DNA of 64,000 nucleotides from Marinicella sp. (GTDB lineage: Bacteria > Pseudomonadota > Gammaproteobacteria > Xanthomonadales > Marinicellaceae). The position numbers were made by a program, and so were the translations under genes. Numbering within the stretch: position 1 is the stretch's first letter; each line of letters opens with the position of its first letter. The stretch spans positions 3,008,001 to 3,072,000 of the forward strand of contig OZ246001.1 in the NCBI GenBank assembly GCA_965230295.1, written 5' to 3'. The notes under the pieces were generated by a model. It was not told the DNA's origin, made no database searches, and saw only the letters and a program-made list of their open reading frames with translations. This document shows positions 39,548 to 50,255 of the stretch, one piece after another.

Positions 39548-40942
39548 TCATTCAAAATTGCTTTTAAATATTGACTTGATGATACGAATGTTTTCATCAA
39601 ACAAATTATCTGCAGGGGTAGGATCTACAATTCCTGGTTGCGGTGAGACAGAGCCTATAGCATTGACCTCTTGGCCATCACCGGTCGAAGTGTCGAAATT
39701 AATGGTATACGTCACAACTGCACCTGGGACCATCGATGAAATGGTATCAAAGATTGGGCCAGATGTTCCGCCACATGAATATCCACTATGGTCACAAGTC
39801 CAGAATGCATTAGAAGTGCTGGTGTCTAAAACCAAACTAACGGCAACGTTGTTTGCAGTCAGATATCCTTGATTTTTTACCAATACCATCAGTTGTGGGT
39901 TGTTTCCATCAAGCACCTGAACATTTGATAATTCAATTGCAACATCAGTGATAAGGCAATTAAAGCCTCCATCTGTGATGTTCCAATTATAATTATTAGT
40001 TAGAATCGTTCGAGACGTCGTTTCACAATAAGGTGTGTTGCCGGCACTGAAGTTTACGTTGTTCATTACATTTTGATTGGCAAAATTACTCAGCATGTAG
40101 TCATAGTTCCTGGTTGATAGCCCAGAATTGTCGAACATTTCAGACATGTCGACTACATCAGTTATCTGCCAGTTTGAAAGATCAGGATTGGCAGAGGTCG
40201 CTTCTAAGAACATTCCAGACATATCAGTTACAGATGATACAACCCAATTGTTTACATCGGGATTGGCCCTAGTTGTGTAATAAAACATATAGCTCATGTC
40301 AGTAACAGAAGATACGTCCCATCGACTTACATCAGGATTGGCAACAGTAGTACCGCCAAACATAAAACCCATGTCGGCTACTGAAGACACATCCCAATTA
40401 CTTACGCCGGGATCTGAAACATCAACGCCAAAGAACATGGCATACATATTGGAAACAAGTGACACATCCCATCTACTTACATCGAGGTTATTGATTTCAC
40501 TGAAAGAAAACATATATGACATATCAGTGACTTGAGATAGATCCGGCACATCTGTGGTCAAAAAGTTTGTAGTCACACTAGAAAAGGCAAATTTCATTGA
40601 CTTCCATTCAATATCGCCCCATTGATCTAAGCTGATCAACTGGTCGTTTAGGGCAGCGGTTGAACCAATAAAATAAGGGTTGGGGTAATCTCCCTTGATT
40701 CTGATGGTGTATATACCAGCACTTGGAAATGTATGCTGAAAAGATCCTGTAATTCCAGTGAAGTCATACACGCCATCATCATCAGTATCTATGTCATAAT
40801 CGTATTGAGTTGAATAGTTCGGATCTACTGGTAAATCAATGGTTAAGTCGGTTGTTGAGGCCTCCCATGTAGTTATGAACGGCCGAGCATCTGCATAAAA
40901 AGTCACCAGCAAAAAACATATAGTAGTTATTGTCAATCTCAT
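39548..40942 (-). CDS. DUF285/BspA-like surface repeat protein
   Basis: Signal peptide, WDVSxVxDM repeats, tail SIFKSNFE. Confidence 0.9.
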   Translation of the reverse strand: MRLTITTICFLLVTFYADARPFITTWEASTTDLTIDLPVDPNYSTQYDYDIDTDDDGVYDFTGITGSFQHTFPSAGIYTIRIKGDYPNPYFIGSTAALNDQLISLDQWGDIEWKSMKFAFSSVTTNFLTTDVPDLSQVTDMSYMFSFSEINNLDVSRWDVSLVSNMYAMFFGVDVSDPGVSNWDVSSVADMGFMFGGTTVANPDVSRWDVSSVTDMSYMFYYTTRANPDVNNWVVSSVTDMSGMFLEATSANPDLSNWQITDVVDMSEMFDNSGLSTRNYDYMLSNFANQNVMNNVNFSAGNTPYCETTSRTILTNNYNWNITDGGFNCLITDVAIELSNVQVLDGNNPQLMVLVKNQGYLTANNVAVSLVLDTSTSNAFWTCDHSGYSCGGTSGPIFDTISSMVPGAVVTYTINFDTSTGDGQEVNAIGSVSPQPGIVDPTPADNLFDENIRIIKSIFKSNFE

Positions 40943-40997
40943 GGAATTCTACCTCTGAATTAAGAGATTTAATTATGGAACCAGTCACAAAAGAATT

Positions 40998-41025
40998 ACT
41001 GATCGAATCCTTATGTTTGACTGAT
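40998..41025 (-). promoter_or_regulatory. 11-bp-period box
   Basis: ACTGAT 40998, CCTTAT 41009, ACTGAT 41020; CATAAT 40972-40977. Confidence 0.75.
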
Positions 41026-41027
41026 TT

Positions 41028-42572
41028 TTATTCAAAACCATTGGCGAATATGGGCGGATAGATGATCTGAATGTATTTGTCAAACGTGTTATCCGCAGGA
41101 AAATCTTCGCTGGCTGATAGCAGCACAGCACTGCCTGAAATATTGAGGTATTCTCCATCACCGATCAACGCATCAAAATTCACCGTGTAGGTCACAGCTG
41201 TATTAGGGGGTATTGATGGAATGGTATCTAGAACGGACCCGGATGTTCCGCCACATGAAGAACCGCCATGATCACAAGTCCAAGATATATTGGTTGCTGC
41301 ATTCATGTCTAGATCAACCATAACCTCAACGTCATTTAAGACCAGAATGCTATTGTTTTTCACTAGTATCGTTACCTGTGGATTATCACCATCAATGACT
41401 TGGTTTGACACTTCAATTGAAACATCATGATAAATACATTCAACACCTCCATCTGTGATGATCCAATTCTTACCATTGATTAAAGTGTCTTTACTTGGAC
41501 CTCCAGAGCAATAAGGTGTTGTTCCGGCACTGAAGGTTACGTTCTCCATAACGGTTTGGCCAGCAAAGTTATCCAGCATATCATCATAATGCCGGGTTGA
41601 TAATCCGGAATTGTCGAACATTTGGTCCATATCAGTTACTGATGATACATCCCAATTGCTCAAATCGGGGTTAGCATTAGCAGCAGCATTAAACATGTAT
41701 CTCATGTTATTTACAGATGACACATTCCAATTGCTCACATCAGGATTGGCAACATTTGTGCCGTTAAACATAAAGCCCATATTGGCTACAGATGACACAT
41801 CCCAATTACTCACATTTGGATTGGCAACATTAGCGGTATTAAACATGGAACTCATATTAGTAACAGATGACACATCCCAATTACTCACATCAGGATTGGC
41901 AAGAAAAGCTGCAGCAAACATGCTGCCCATACTGATAACAGATGATACATCCCAATTACTCACATCTGGATTGGCAAGAAAAGCTGCAGCAAACATGCTA
42001 TCCATATTGGTAACAGATGACACATCCCAATTACTCACATCTGGATCGGCAAAATCAGCACCGCTAAACATGCTTCTCATATTAGTTACAGATGACACAT
42101 CCCACCTGCTTACATCGAGGTTATTGATTGCACTGTTAGCAAACATATATGACATATCAGTGACTTGAGATAGATCCGGCACATCTGTGGCAATAAAATC
42201 TGTGTTTACCCCACTAAAGGCGCCATTCATTGACTTCCATTCAATAGCGCCCCATTGATTTACGCTGGTCAACTGTTCGTTTTGAGCGGCGGCTGAATCA
42301 ATAAGGTATGTGTTGGGGTAATCGCCAATGATTCTGATGGTGTGTGTGCCTGCACTTGGAAATGTATGCTGAAAAGGTCCTGTTATTCCAGTGAAGTCAT
42401 ACACGCCATCATCATCAATATCCACGTCATAATTGTATTGACCTGAATAGTTTGGATCTATGGGTAAATCGATGGTTGGGTATGAAGTTGTATCCCACGT
42501 GGTGATGAATTCAGCTTGTGCTGAAGACATCATCCATACAGAAAACATCAGGGATAGGATGGTATATTTCAT
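41028..42572 (-). CDS. DUF285/BspA-like surface repeat protein
   Basis: Repeats as above; tail PPIFANGFE. Confidence 0.9.
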   Translation of the reverse strand: MKYTILSLMFSVWMMSSAQAEFITTWDTTSYPTIDLPIDPNYSGQYNYDVDIDDDGVYDFTGITGPFQHTFPSAGTHTIRIIGDYPNTYLIDSAAAQNEQLTSVNQWGAIEWKSMNGAFSGVNTDFIATDVPDLSQVTDMSYMFANSAINNLDVSRWDVSSVTNMRSMFSGADFADPDVSNWDVSSVTNMDSMFAAAFLANPDVSNWDVSSVISMGSMFAAAFLANPDVSNWDVSSVTNMSSMFNTANVANPNVSNWDVSSVANMGFMFNGTNVANPDVSNWNVSSVNNMRYMFNAAANANPDLSNWDVSSVTDMDQMFDNSGLSTRHYDDMLDNFAGQTVMENVTFSAGTTPYCSGGPSKDTLINGKNWIITDGGVECIYHDVSIEVSNQVIDGDNPQVTILVKNNSILVLNDVEVMVDLDMNAATNISWTCDHGGSSCGGTSGSVLDTIPSIPPNTAVTYTVNFDALIGDGEYLNISGSAVLLSASEDFPADNTFDKYIQIIYPPIFANGFE

Positions 42573-42624
42573 GGCTTTACCTTCTGTATTAATAGATAAT
42601 TATGGAATCAGTCACAAAAGAATT

Positions 42625-42652
42625 ACTGACCGAATCCTTATGTTTGACTGAT
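42625..42652 (-). promoter_or_regulatory. 11-bp-period box
   Basis: ACTGAC 42625, CCTTAT 42636, ACTGAT 42647; CATAAT 42599-42604. Confidence 0.75.
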
Positions 42653-42654
42653 TT

Positions 42655-44136
42655 TTATTCAAAACCATTGGCGAATATGGGCGGATAGATGATCTGAATG
42701 TTCTTGTCAAACACGTTATCCGCAGGAAAATCTTCGCTGGCTGATAGCAGCACAGCACTGCCTGAAATATTGAGGTATTCTCCATCACTGATCAACGCAT
42801 CAAAATTCACCGTGTAGGTCACAGCTGTATTAGGGGGTATTGATATGGTTTCTAGAACGGACCCGGATGTTCCGCCACATGAAGAACCGCCATGATCACA
42901 AGTCCAAGATATATTGGTTGCTGCATTCATGTCTAGATCAACCATAACCTCAACGTCATTTAAGACCAGAATGCTATTGTTTTTCACCAATATCGTTACC
43001 TGTGGATTATCACCATCAATGACTTGGTTTGACACTTCAATTGAAACATCATGATAAATACATTCAACACCTCCATCTGTGATGATCCAATTCTTACCAT
43101 TGATTAAAGCGTCTTTACTTGGACCTCCAGAGCAATAAGGTGTTGTTCCGGCACTGAAGGTTACGTTCTCCATAACGGTTTGGCCAGCAAAGTTATCCAG
43201 CATATCATCATAATGCTGGGTTGATAATCCGGAATTTGTGAACATGTCATCCATATATAAAACATTAGGTATTTGCCAATGCTGTAGATCAGGGTTTGCT
43301 GATGTGGCGCCCTCGAACATTCGTGACATTTCGATCACTGAACTTACATCCCACCGGCTCACATCGGGATTGGCGACACTGGTATCAAAAAACATAGCAG
43401 TCATATTAGTAACAGCTGACACATCCCACCGGCTTACATCGGGATTGGCAGCTGAAGCACCAATAAACAAACCGCCCATATCGGTCACAGCTGACACATC
43501 CCAGCCACGCACATCAAGATTAGCAACATCAGTAGACAGGAACATAGATGCCATATTCATTACAGATGATACATCCCACCTGCTCACATCGATATTGGGA
43601 AATTGAGTATCTCCAAACAGAGATACCATATTGGTAACAGCTGACACATCCCAGTCGCGCACATCAATGGTAGGAATATCACTTGAATAAAACATTTCGT
43701 ACATGCTAGTTACTTGTGACAAGTTCGGCACATCGGGTGCTAAAATTTCTGTTTTAACATAGCTAAATGCATTACTCATTGACTTCCACTCGATATCGCC
43801 CCATTGGTCTATACTTATTAATTGTTCACCTGTATATCTTCTAGCGGATCCTGAAGAACCAAAATTAGGGTTAGGGAAATCCCTGCTGATTTTGAGAGTA
43901 TAAAGGCCTGGATTATCAAAAATGTAAATAAAATCTCCAGTGATTTCAAATTCTTCATACACCAAAAAAAAATTGGCATCTAAAATTTCCACATCATAAT
44001 CGTATGAGAGGTTTGTGGCTGCAATGATGTCTATTTCTAAATCGTTTGATGTGGCCTCCCATGTGGTTATGAAAGGTCGAGCATCCGCAAAAAAAGTCAT
44101 CAGCAATAAACATAGCGTTGGATTTGTCAATCTCAT
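42655..44136 (-). CDS. DUF285/BspA-like surface repeat protein
   Basis: Repeats as above; tail PPIFANGFE. Confidence 0.9.
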   Translation of the reverse strand: MRLTNPTLCLLLMTFFADARPFITTWEATSNDLEIDIIAATNLSYDYDVEILDANFFLVYEEFEITGDFIYIFDNPGLYTLKISRDFPNPNFGSSGSARRYTGEQLISIDQWGDIEWKSMSNAFSYVKTEILAPDVPNLSQVTSMYEMFYSSDIPTIDVRDWDVSAVTNMVSLFGDTQFPNIDVSRWDVSSVMNMASMFLSTDVANLDVRGWDVSAVTDMGGLFIGASAANPDVSRWDVSAVTNMTAMFFDTSVANPDVSRWDVSSVIEMSRMFEGATSANPDLQHWQIPNVLYMDDMFTNSGLSTQHYDDMLDNFAGQTVMENVTFSAGTTPYCSGGPSKDALINGKNWIITDGGVECIYHDVSIEVSNQVIDGDNPQVTILVKNNSILVLNDVEVMVDLDMNAATNISWTCDHGGSSCGGTSGSVLETISIPPNTAVTYTVNFDALISDGEYLNISGSAVLLSASEDFPADNVFDKNIQIIYPPIFANGFE

Positions 44137-44189
44137 TGAATTAACCTGTGGGAAAAAAACTTGATTATGGGTTCGGTCATGAAAAAATA

Positions 44190-44217
44190 ACTGATCGAAT
44201 CCTTATCTTTAGCTGAT
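44190..44217 (-). promoter_or_regulatory. 11-bp-period box
   Basis: ACTGAT 44190, CCTTAT 44201, GCTGAT 44212; CATAAT 44164-44169. Confidence 0.75.
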
Positions 44218-44457
44218 TTATTATTTAGTCATATGGCCAAGTCATATAAATGCCTGAAAGAATATGGTCCGCCTGACTGCCTTGGCATACGATTTCTGCA
44301 ACTGGACTACAAACCCGGGCATAGAAAATCCGTATCAGGGTCTGAATAATATAGCTGACAAAGGTTTTTCAAGAATAGACGTTCCATTCACACAACAATT
44401 CTTAGACCGTTCAAATTTAAAAGCATATTCAAGACTGAGCTTTTCCTTTTCTTTTAT

Positions 44458-47136
44458 TTATTCAAAATCACTTTTAAACAATGCCATGATGATCGGAATA
44501 TTTTTGTTGAACGTGTTATTTGCTTGAAAACCATCATCAATGCTTGGTTGTGTTGATACACTGCCTGAAATATCCAGTTCATCGCCATCATTACTCACAA
44601 TGTCGAAATTCACTGCGTATGTCACAACTGAATCTGGGGGCATAGCCGAAATAGTGTCATATACAGTTCCAGATGTTCCGTTACATGACAAACCGGCATG
44701 GTCACATGTCCAAAAGATGTTAGATGTATTGCTGTTGTCTAATGTGACTTCGACAGCAACATTATTTACATACTGATTTCCTGAGTTCTTTACCCATATG
44801 ATCAACTGCGGATTATTTCCATCAAGAACTTGACCACTTGGTAAGTCAATTGATACATCTGTAATAAAACAATCCAAGCCGCCGTCAGCGATTGTCCACC
44901 CTTTGTCATTGATTAAGATTTCTCTGGCAAAACCTGCTGTACAATAAGGTGTATTGCTGGCACTGAAGTTAATGTTGTGCACAACATCTTGACCTGCAAA
45001 GTTCACCAGCAAGCTGTCATAGTTATTTGTTGATAGCCCAGAATAGGCAAGCATATTTTCCATGTCATTTACATTTTCAATTTCCCAGCTTCCAACTTCA
45101 GGATTAAACAAAGTGGCGTTTAAGAACATACGAGACATATCAGTCACAGATGAGACGTCCCATCTACTCAAATCGGAATTGGCAAAAGTAGCGTTACTGA
45201 ACATGTTTTTCATATCGATTACGGATGAAACATTCCAACTGCTCAGATCGAGATTGGCGGCAACTGCTCCATCAAACATGTAACTCATATCGGTTACATT
45301 TGACACATCCCAACCACTCAAGTCAGGTTCAGCACCTCTTGCTTCACTAAACATGTTACCCATATCAGTTACTTTCGTTACATCCCAATCACCCAAATTG
45401 GGGTTGGCAATACGTGTTTGGCTAAACATGCTGTTCATGTTGTTAACTGATGACACATCCCAAGTGCGCAGTTCTGGGCTGGCATCATCGGCACCCCAAA
45501 ACATGCCGGCCATGTTGGTTACATTTGACACATCCCACCCATCAACAACTGGATTGCCAATGGCGTTCCAAAACATATAGCTCATATTGTTTATTGATGA
45601 CATGTCCCAATTGCTCAAAACTGCGAGGTTTCCGACATTACTATTAGCAAACATATATGAAGCATCAGTTACTCGAGTTAGATCAGGCACATCTGAGGTT
45701 GAGAGGTCTGTTGTTATTCCAAAAAAAGCGCGATTCATTGACTTCCACTCGATATCGCCCCATTGATCTACGCTGATCAACTGGCCATTTAATGCGGCGT
45801 TTGAACCAAAAAAATATGGGTTAGGGTATTTCTCACCGTTTATCCTGATGGTGTAAATGCCTGGGTTTGGAACTGTATACAAAAAAGCCCCATTTATTCC
45901 AGTGTAGTCACCCACAATGTTATTATTATTATCTAGGATTTGTATGTTAAAGTTATAATCACTTGAATAGTTCGGGTCAACCCCTAAATCAATACTTAAG
46001 TTGGTGGTTGTGTCCCAAGTCGTGACGAAATCTTTACCTGTAACACGTGTTTTTGATAATCTCAAATTGTCGAAGTTGACTTGAGGACCAGAGCCTGTGG
46101 CTGTAGGAGATAGTGAGTTCAAGCGAATAGATAATGGTTGTCCAATGTGTGTTGGCTGAGCTGTATAAGAAATACTTACTGAATTAAACCTTCCATCTGG
46201 CACAGGTTCATTACTTATACTTGCTAATACTTCACCATTTGACTCTAATGCAATGCTGTAATCAGAAAAATCAACATTTAATCGATTCCCAACATCGACT
46301 ATTAAACAATATGTAGAACCTTCCTCAATAATTTCGCTGGTAGCTTGAATTAATGAGTTTGGACCAAGATTGATATAAGCGACATTTGAACCTTCTGGAA
46401 CAGGATCAATAAAGTCAGTATTTCTGGGGTTATAAGTCCCTTTGCCCAAATTCGGAAACTCGACCCAACCAGGTACATTACTGTTCCAACTACCATCATT
46501 AACTGAAACCTCTTCAAAACCTGGGTTCTGTAAAATGATGCCTTGTATTTTCGACAATCTCACATTATCAAAGTTGACTTGAGGTCCAGAGCCTGTGATA
46601 GAAGGTGAGAGTGAATCCAGGCGAATAGATAATGGTTGTCCAATGTGTGTTGGCTGAGCTGTATAAGAAATACTTACTGAAATAAACCTTCCATCTGGCA
46701 CAGGTTCATTACTTAAACTTGCTAACACTTCACCATTTGACTCTAATGCAATGATGTAATCAGAAAAATCAACATTTAATCGATTTCCTACATCTATAGT
46801 TAAACTATAAGTCGCCCCTTCCTCGATAGTTTCACCCGTTGTTTGTAGCAGAGAGTTTGGACCAATATTGATATAAGCAACATTAGAGCCCTCTGGAACA
46901 GGATCAAGGAAATCAGCATTTGTCGGATTATAAGTACCTTTGCCTAAATTTGTAGACTCGATCCAACCAGGTGCATTACTGTTCCAACTACCATCATTAA
47001 CTGAAACCTCTTCAAAACCAGGATTCTGCAAAATGATGTTTTCTGCACTTGTTTCATGACAGATATTTTGTGCATTCGTTTTACTGCACAAAAGCAAAGT
47101 GAGCAAAAGAGTTTGTATTAAAGCAATCGTTCTCAT
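44458..47136 (-). CDS. DUF285/BspA-like protein with two N-terminal carbohydrate-binding-like jelly-roll domains
   Basis: Duplicated IILQNPGFEE..QVNFDNVRL units, then FVTTW and WDVS repeats; tail ALFKSDFE. Confidence 0.88.
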   Translation of the reverse strand: MRTIALIQTLLLTLLLCSKTNAQNICHETSAENIILQNPGFEEVSVNDGSWNSNAPGWIESTNLGKGTYNPTNADFLDPVPEGSNVAYINIGPNSLLQTTGETIEEGATYSLTIDVGNRLNVDFSDYIIALESNGEVLASLSNEPVPDGRFISVSISYTAQPTHIGQPLSIRLDSLSPSITGSGPQVNFDNVRLSKIQGIILQNPGFEEVSVNDGSWNSNVPGWVEFPNLGKGTYNPRNTDFIDPVPEGSNVAYINLGPNSLIQATSEIIEEGSTYCLIVDVGNRLNVDFSDYSIALESNGEVLASISNEPVPDGRFNSVSISYTAQPTHIGQPLSIRLNSLSPTATGSGPQVNFDNLRLSKTRVTGKDFVTTWDTTTNLSIDLGVDPNYSSDYNFNIQILDNNNNIVGDYTGINGAFLYTVPNPGIYTIRINGEKYPNPYFFGSNAALNGQLISVDQWGDIEWKSMNRAFFGITTDLSTSDVPDLTRVTDASYMFANSNVGNLAVLSNWDMSSINNMSYMFWNAIGNPVVDGWDVSNVTNMAGMFWGADDASPELRTWDVSSVNNMNSMFSQTRIANPNLGDWDVTKVTDMGNMFSEARGAEPDLSGWDVSNVTDMSYMFDGAVAANLDLSSWNVSSVIDMKNMFSNATFANSDLSRWDVSSVTDMSRMFLNATLFNPEVGSWEIENVNDMENMLAYSGLSTNNYDSLLVNFAGQDVVHNINFSASNTPYCTAGFAREILINDKGWTIADGGLDCFITDVSIDLPSGQVLDGNNPQLIIWVKNSGNQYVNNVAVEVTLDNSNTSNIFWTCDHAGLSCNGTSGTVYDTISAMPPDSVVTYAVNFDIVSNDGDELDISGSVSTQPSIDDGFQANNTFNKNIPIIMALFKSDFE

Positions 47137-47190
47137 TGGGATATTCCTAAATTTAGCAATTATTATTTTCTATAGTTCCCTGGATTAATA

Positions 47191-47228
47191 ACTGATCAAA
47201 AACTGATTTAGTGATGATTTTTTCTGAT
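47191..47228 (-). promoter_or_regulatory. 11-bp-period box
   Basis: ACTGAT 47191, ACTGAT 47202, GATGAT 47213, TCTGAT 47223. Confidence 0.7.
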
Positions 47229-47340
47229 TAATTTATCTCTGTAATTTATTCAAAATCACTTTTTTGTATTGATTTGATGTTTGAATGCTTCTATCAAACA
47301 TATTTGTCGAAGGTTTCCCTTTAATTAGATACAGAATTAA

Positions 47341-47368
47341 ATCAGGTAAAAACAAGGGTTTAATCAGG
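47341..47368 (+). promoter_or_regulatory. 11-bp-period box driving candidate sRNA D
   Basis: ATCAGG 47341, ACAAGG 47352, ATCAGG 47363; GATAAT -10 at 47389-47394. Confidence 0.75.
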
Positions 47369-47400
47369 ACATTATCCTGATGTTTCTCGATAATGACCGT

Positions 47401-47540
47401 TAAGGAGCAATGCTTTGGTACACACACTCTCTCTATTGCGTCGCTCTTTATTTGTTCCGCAAGGGTGTCGAGGCTTTTACATTCACCCCCTTATGTACCT
47501 CGTCACTCTTGTGACTCTATCCATACGAGCATTTATTTTT
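47401..47540 (+). ncRNA. Candidate sRNA D (CU-rich first loop, UCACCCCCUU apical loop)
   Basis: GCAAT..ACACACACTCTCTCT-ATTGC; long stem GCAAGGGTG/CACTCTTGT, CGAGG/CCTCG, TACAT/ATGTA with loop TCACCCCCTT; U-rich end. Confidence 0.55.
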
Positions 47541-48879
47541 AGACAAACCCTTATCTTGCTTTGTACCCCAACAGGACATGCCATTACTTTGTTAAAAGAA
47601 TTTTCAAAACCATATACAGGGTGTTGTCATTAGTTGTTAATTATTTCTGTTATTTTCTTCATATCTGGCCATTTGAATTAAAGGGTTCAATTTAATTTTG
47701 TTATTTGTTTTGAATACTGTAAAGGTTGTTAGTAGCCCAGTGAGAAATGGTACTTTTCTACATCGTAGGCTATCACAATGGATTAATTTCTTGGCTGTAT
47801 CAGTTAAGTCTCTTTAACAATGCTGATTCATTACGGCCGTTCTGAATTTGCCATTAAAGCTGTTATTAAATGTGATTTATGTTGGAGTGCCAGGTTGAAT
47901 AAATGGTTATCTAACACTCTGTTATATAACCCTGAAGAACATAGCTTCGTAAGTATATTCAGTCCTGTAGAAAAATTCGATTGTATTTGGGCCTGTTTCT
48001 TGGTATTCAATCTCTAGATCAAGGGAGCGTTCAGCCACAGCGCTATTAATCAATGAGGCCAAAAATTTGCCAAAATAATTGTGGGGGCAAGTGATTAACT
48101 AGACTTAACACTTCGAAGTGCCTTCAACCTGATTCTATATTTGAAATAAAACCTATTGCCTTCCCTTTGATGACTAAGCTCATTGGGTGTTTTCAACTTC
48201 TCTTTTAGTAAAATGTTAACCTGCATCTTTTCCTCCATGTACATGCAGTACATTTACCTTGCATTATCAATCAAGATTTTTATGCATTGCATGCTACAGC
48301 AAATCCGAATGATGCTCTGTTTCATTTTAGGAGAAAATATACTTTGCCATGGTTAAGTTCTTTGGTGGAAAGGACATTCCCTCTTCAAGGAATTTGTTTA
48401 TGGGTAATCTTGGATGTCCTATTAATAAGCATCTTAGAGAGGTTGTTAACCGTTCAGTTAACGATTGCACTAAGTGAACATTGGAATAAAGCTAATTTAG
48501 AATGATTTAATGTGCTGAAGTTAATTTTGAATTAATGACTAGATTAATTTTTTACATAGGTAAAATTTGTCTGATGAATCCTTTTCAAGTAGCTTTTCTG
48601 CAAGTGTATCTAATTGGTTTTTCTGAAAGATTGTTTCTTAACACAACGAAAATAAAGTCCATTATAAATGAAGTTTTTCTAAGCACATTAATGGTATCAA
48701 GACCCTTGAAGTCTTTTTCAATACTTTGGTACCTCAAGGGTCTTACATAGAATCTAAAATTTTCCATTGCTTATTTTGAAAAGTTCTGATTAGATTTTTC
48801 AACATTAAAAATCAAGTTACTTACATTTATTTAGATTAATTGTTAAAAAATAATACAAGATATTTTTTAACAAACAAGC

Positions 48880-50160
48880 TCATTCATCAAAACCGTTTTT
48901 AAATATTACAGATTCTGCATAATTGACAGTTATAAGTCTATCAATTACATTGTCAGCAGGAAAATTCTCAGAAGCTATTGTGGCATTGCCAGTAACTAAA
49001 ATATAATGATCATTACTACTGGAACCCGAAAAGTCGAAATTCACGTTGTACGTCACAACTGAGCCCCCATTGAGTGTTGGTATGTAAGATATAATCGCGT
49101 CAGTGCCTGAACCACATGAAACACCATCATTATCACATGTCCAAGTAATATTAGAAACTTCGGCTGAGGCTATAAAAAAACTTACATCAATGCCATCTAA
49201 TATAGGTATAATCCCAGAAGAGTTTCTTACAATAACCGTCAGATTAGGATCGTTAGCATCAATAGAATCTACACCAGTTGGTAAATAAATTGAAACATCT
49301 CGTGCAACACAATTACTACCATCATCAATGATCGACCAACCCTTATTAGTAATTAAATCATCTCTTGGGACGGAAGCGCAGTGTGGAGTATCTCCTGCAT
49401 TCAAGTTAACGTTTTGCATTACGTCTTGTTCTGAAAAGCTATGCAACATTTGGCTGTAGTTAAGCCTTGATAGACCGGAAGTAGGGTAGAACATTTCACC
49501 CATTGTGGTTACATTTGTCACATCCCAATTTTCGATATTAGGGTTGGCATCCGTTGCATTACCAAATAGATAACTCATATTAGTAACTTGAGATGTATTC
49601 CAGAGATCTACTATTGGATTGAAACCGTGTGAACTTACAAACATACCCTCTAATGTGATTGCAGCAGATGTATCCAAATGAGTCAATTCAAGATACGGTA
49701 ATGTAGAGTAAGCAAACGCATACTCGAAACTTGATACTTGAGAGGTATTAGGCACATCTGTGGCAGAAAAAAATGTACCATTTAAGATCGAAAATGCATT
49801 TTCCCATGATTTCCATTCAATATCTCCCCACTGTTTTAATTCGGTAAATTTGTTATGCGCACCTGGGGAGTTGCCCATGTTGGGGTTTGCAAATGCACCA
49901 TAGATTTTGACTTCATAAGTACCCGGATTTTGATAAATGTGGTTAACGTCCCCGGTTTGATTTAGAAGTTCTGGGGTTCCGTCACCGAAATCTATTCTGT
50001 AGTTGTATTCGGATAGATGATTTTGATCTCTAGGAATCACAAGATTCAAATCAGATGGATCTACAGTCCATTCGAATATGAAAGGCTCTGCCTGTGCATG
50101 TGCAGAAGTTGTCATGAGAATTGAAAATAAAATAAAAATCGTAAAGTATATAAGTTTCAT
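48880..50160 (-). CDS. DUF285/BspA-like surface protein with PKD-like N-domain
   Basis: IDFGDG..HIYQNPGTYEVKI, QWGDIEWKS, WNTSQVTNM repeats; tail VIFKNGFDE. Confidence 0.9.
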   Translation of the reverse strand: MKLIYFTIFILFSILMTTSAHAQAEPFIFEWTVDPSDLNLVIPRDQNHLSEYNYRIDFGDGTPELLNQTGDVNHIYQNPGTYEVKIYGAFANPNMGNSPGAHNKFTELKQWGDIEWKSWENAFSILNGTFFSATDVPNTSQVSSFEYAFAYSTLPYLELTHLDTSAAITLEGMFVSSHGFNPIVDLWNTSQVTNMSYLFGNATDANPNIENWDVTNVTTMGEMFYPTSGLSRLNYSQMLHSFSEQDVMQNVNLNAGDTPHCASVPRDDLITNKGWSIIDDGSNCVARDVSIYLPTGVDSIDANDPNLTVIVRNSSGIIPILDGIDVSFFIASAEVSNITWTCDNDGVSCGSGTDAIISYIPTLNGGSVVTYNVNFDFSGSSSNDHYILVTGNATIASENFPADNVIDRLITVNYAESVIFKNGFDE

Positions 50161-50212
50161 AATGTTACTACCTAGTAAAAAAAATTATTATGGGTGGTGT
50201 GTGAATAAATAA

Positions 50213-50240
50213 ACTGACTCAAACCTGATTTTTTACTGAT
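50213..50240 (-). promoter_or_regulatory. 11-bp-period box
   Basis: ACTGAC 50213, CCTGAT 50224, ACTGAT 50235; CATAAT 50187-50192. Confidence 0.75.
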
Positions 50241-50255
50241 GATTGATTCAACGTT

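Noticed and set aside
47600-48800. Possible decayed gene on the minus strand
   Set aside because: Only short protein-like fragments; no family could be assigned by eye.
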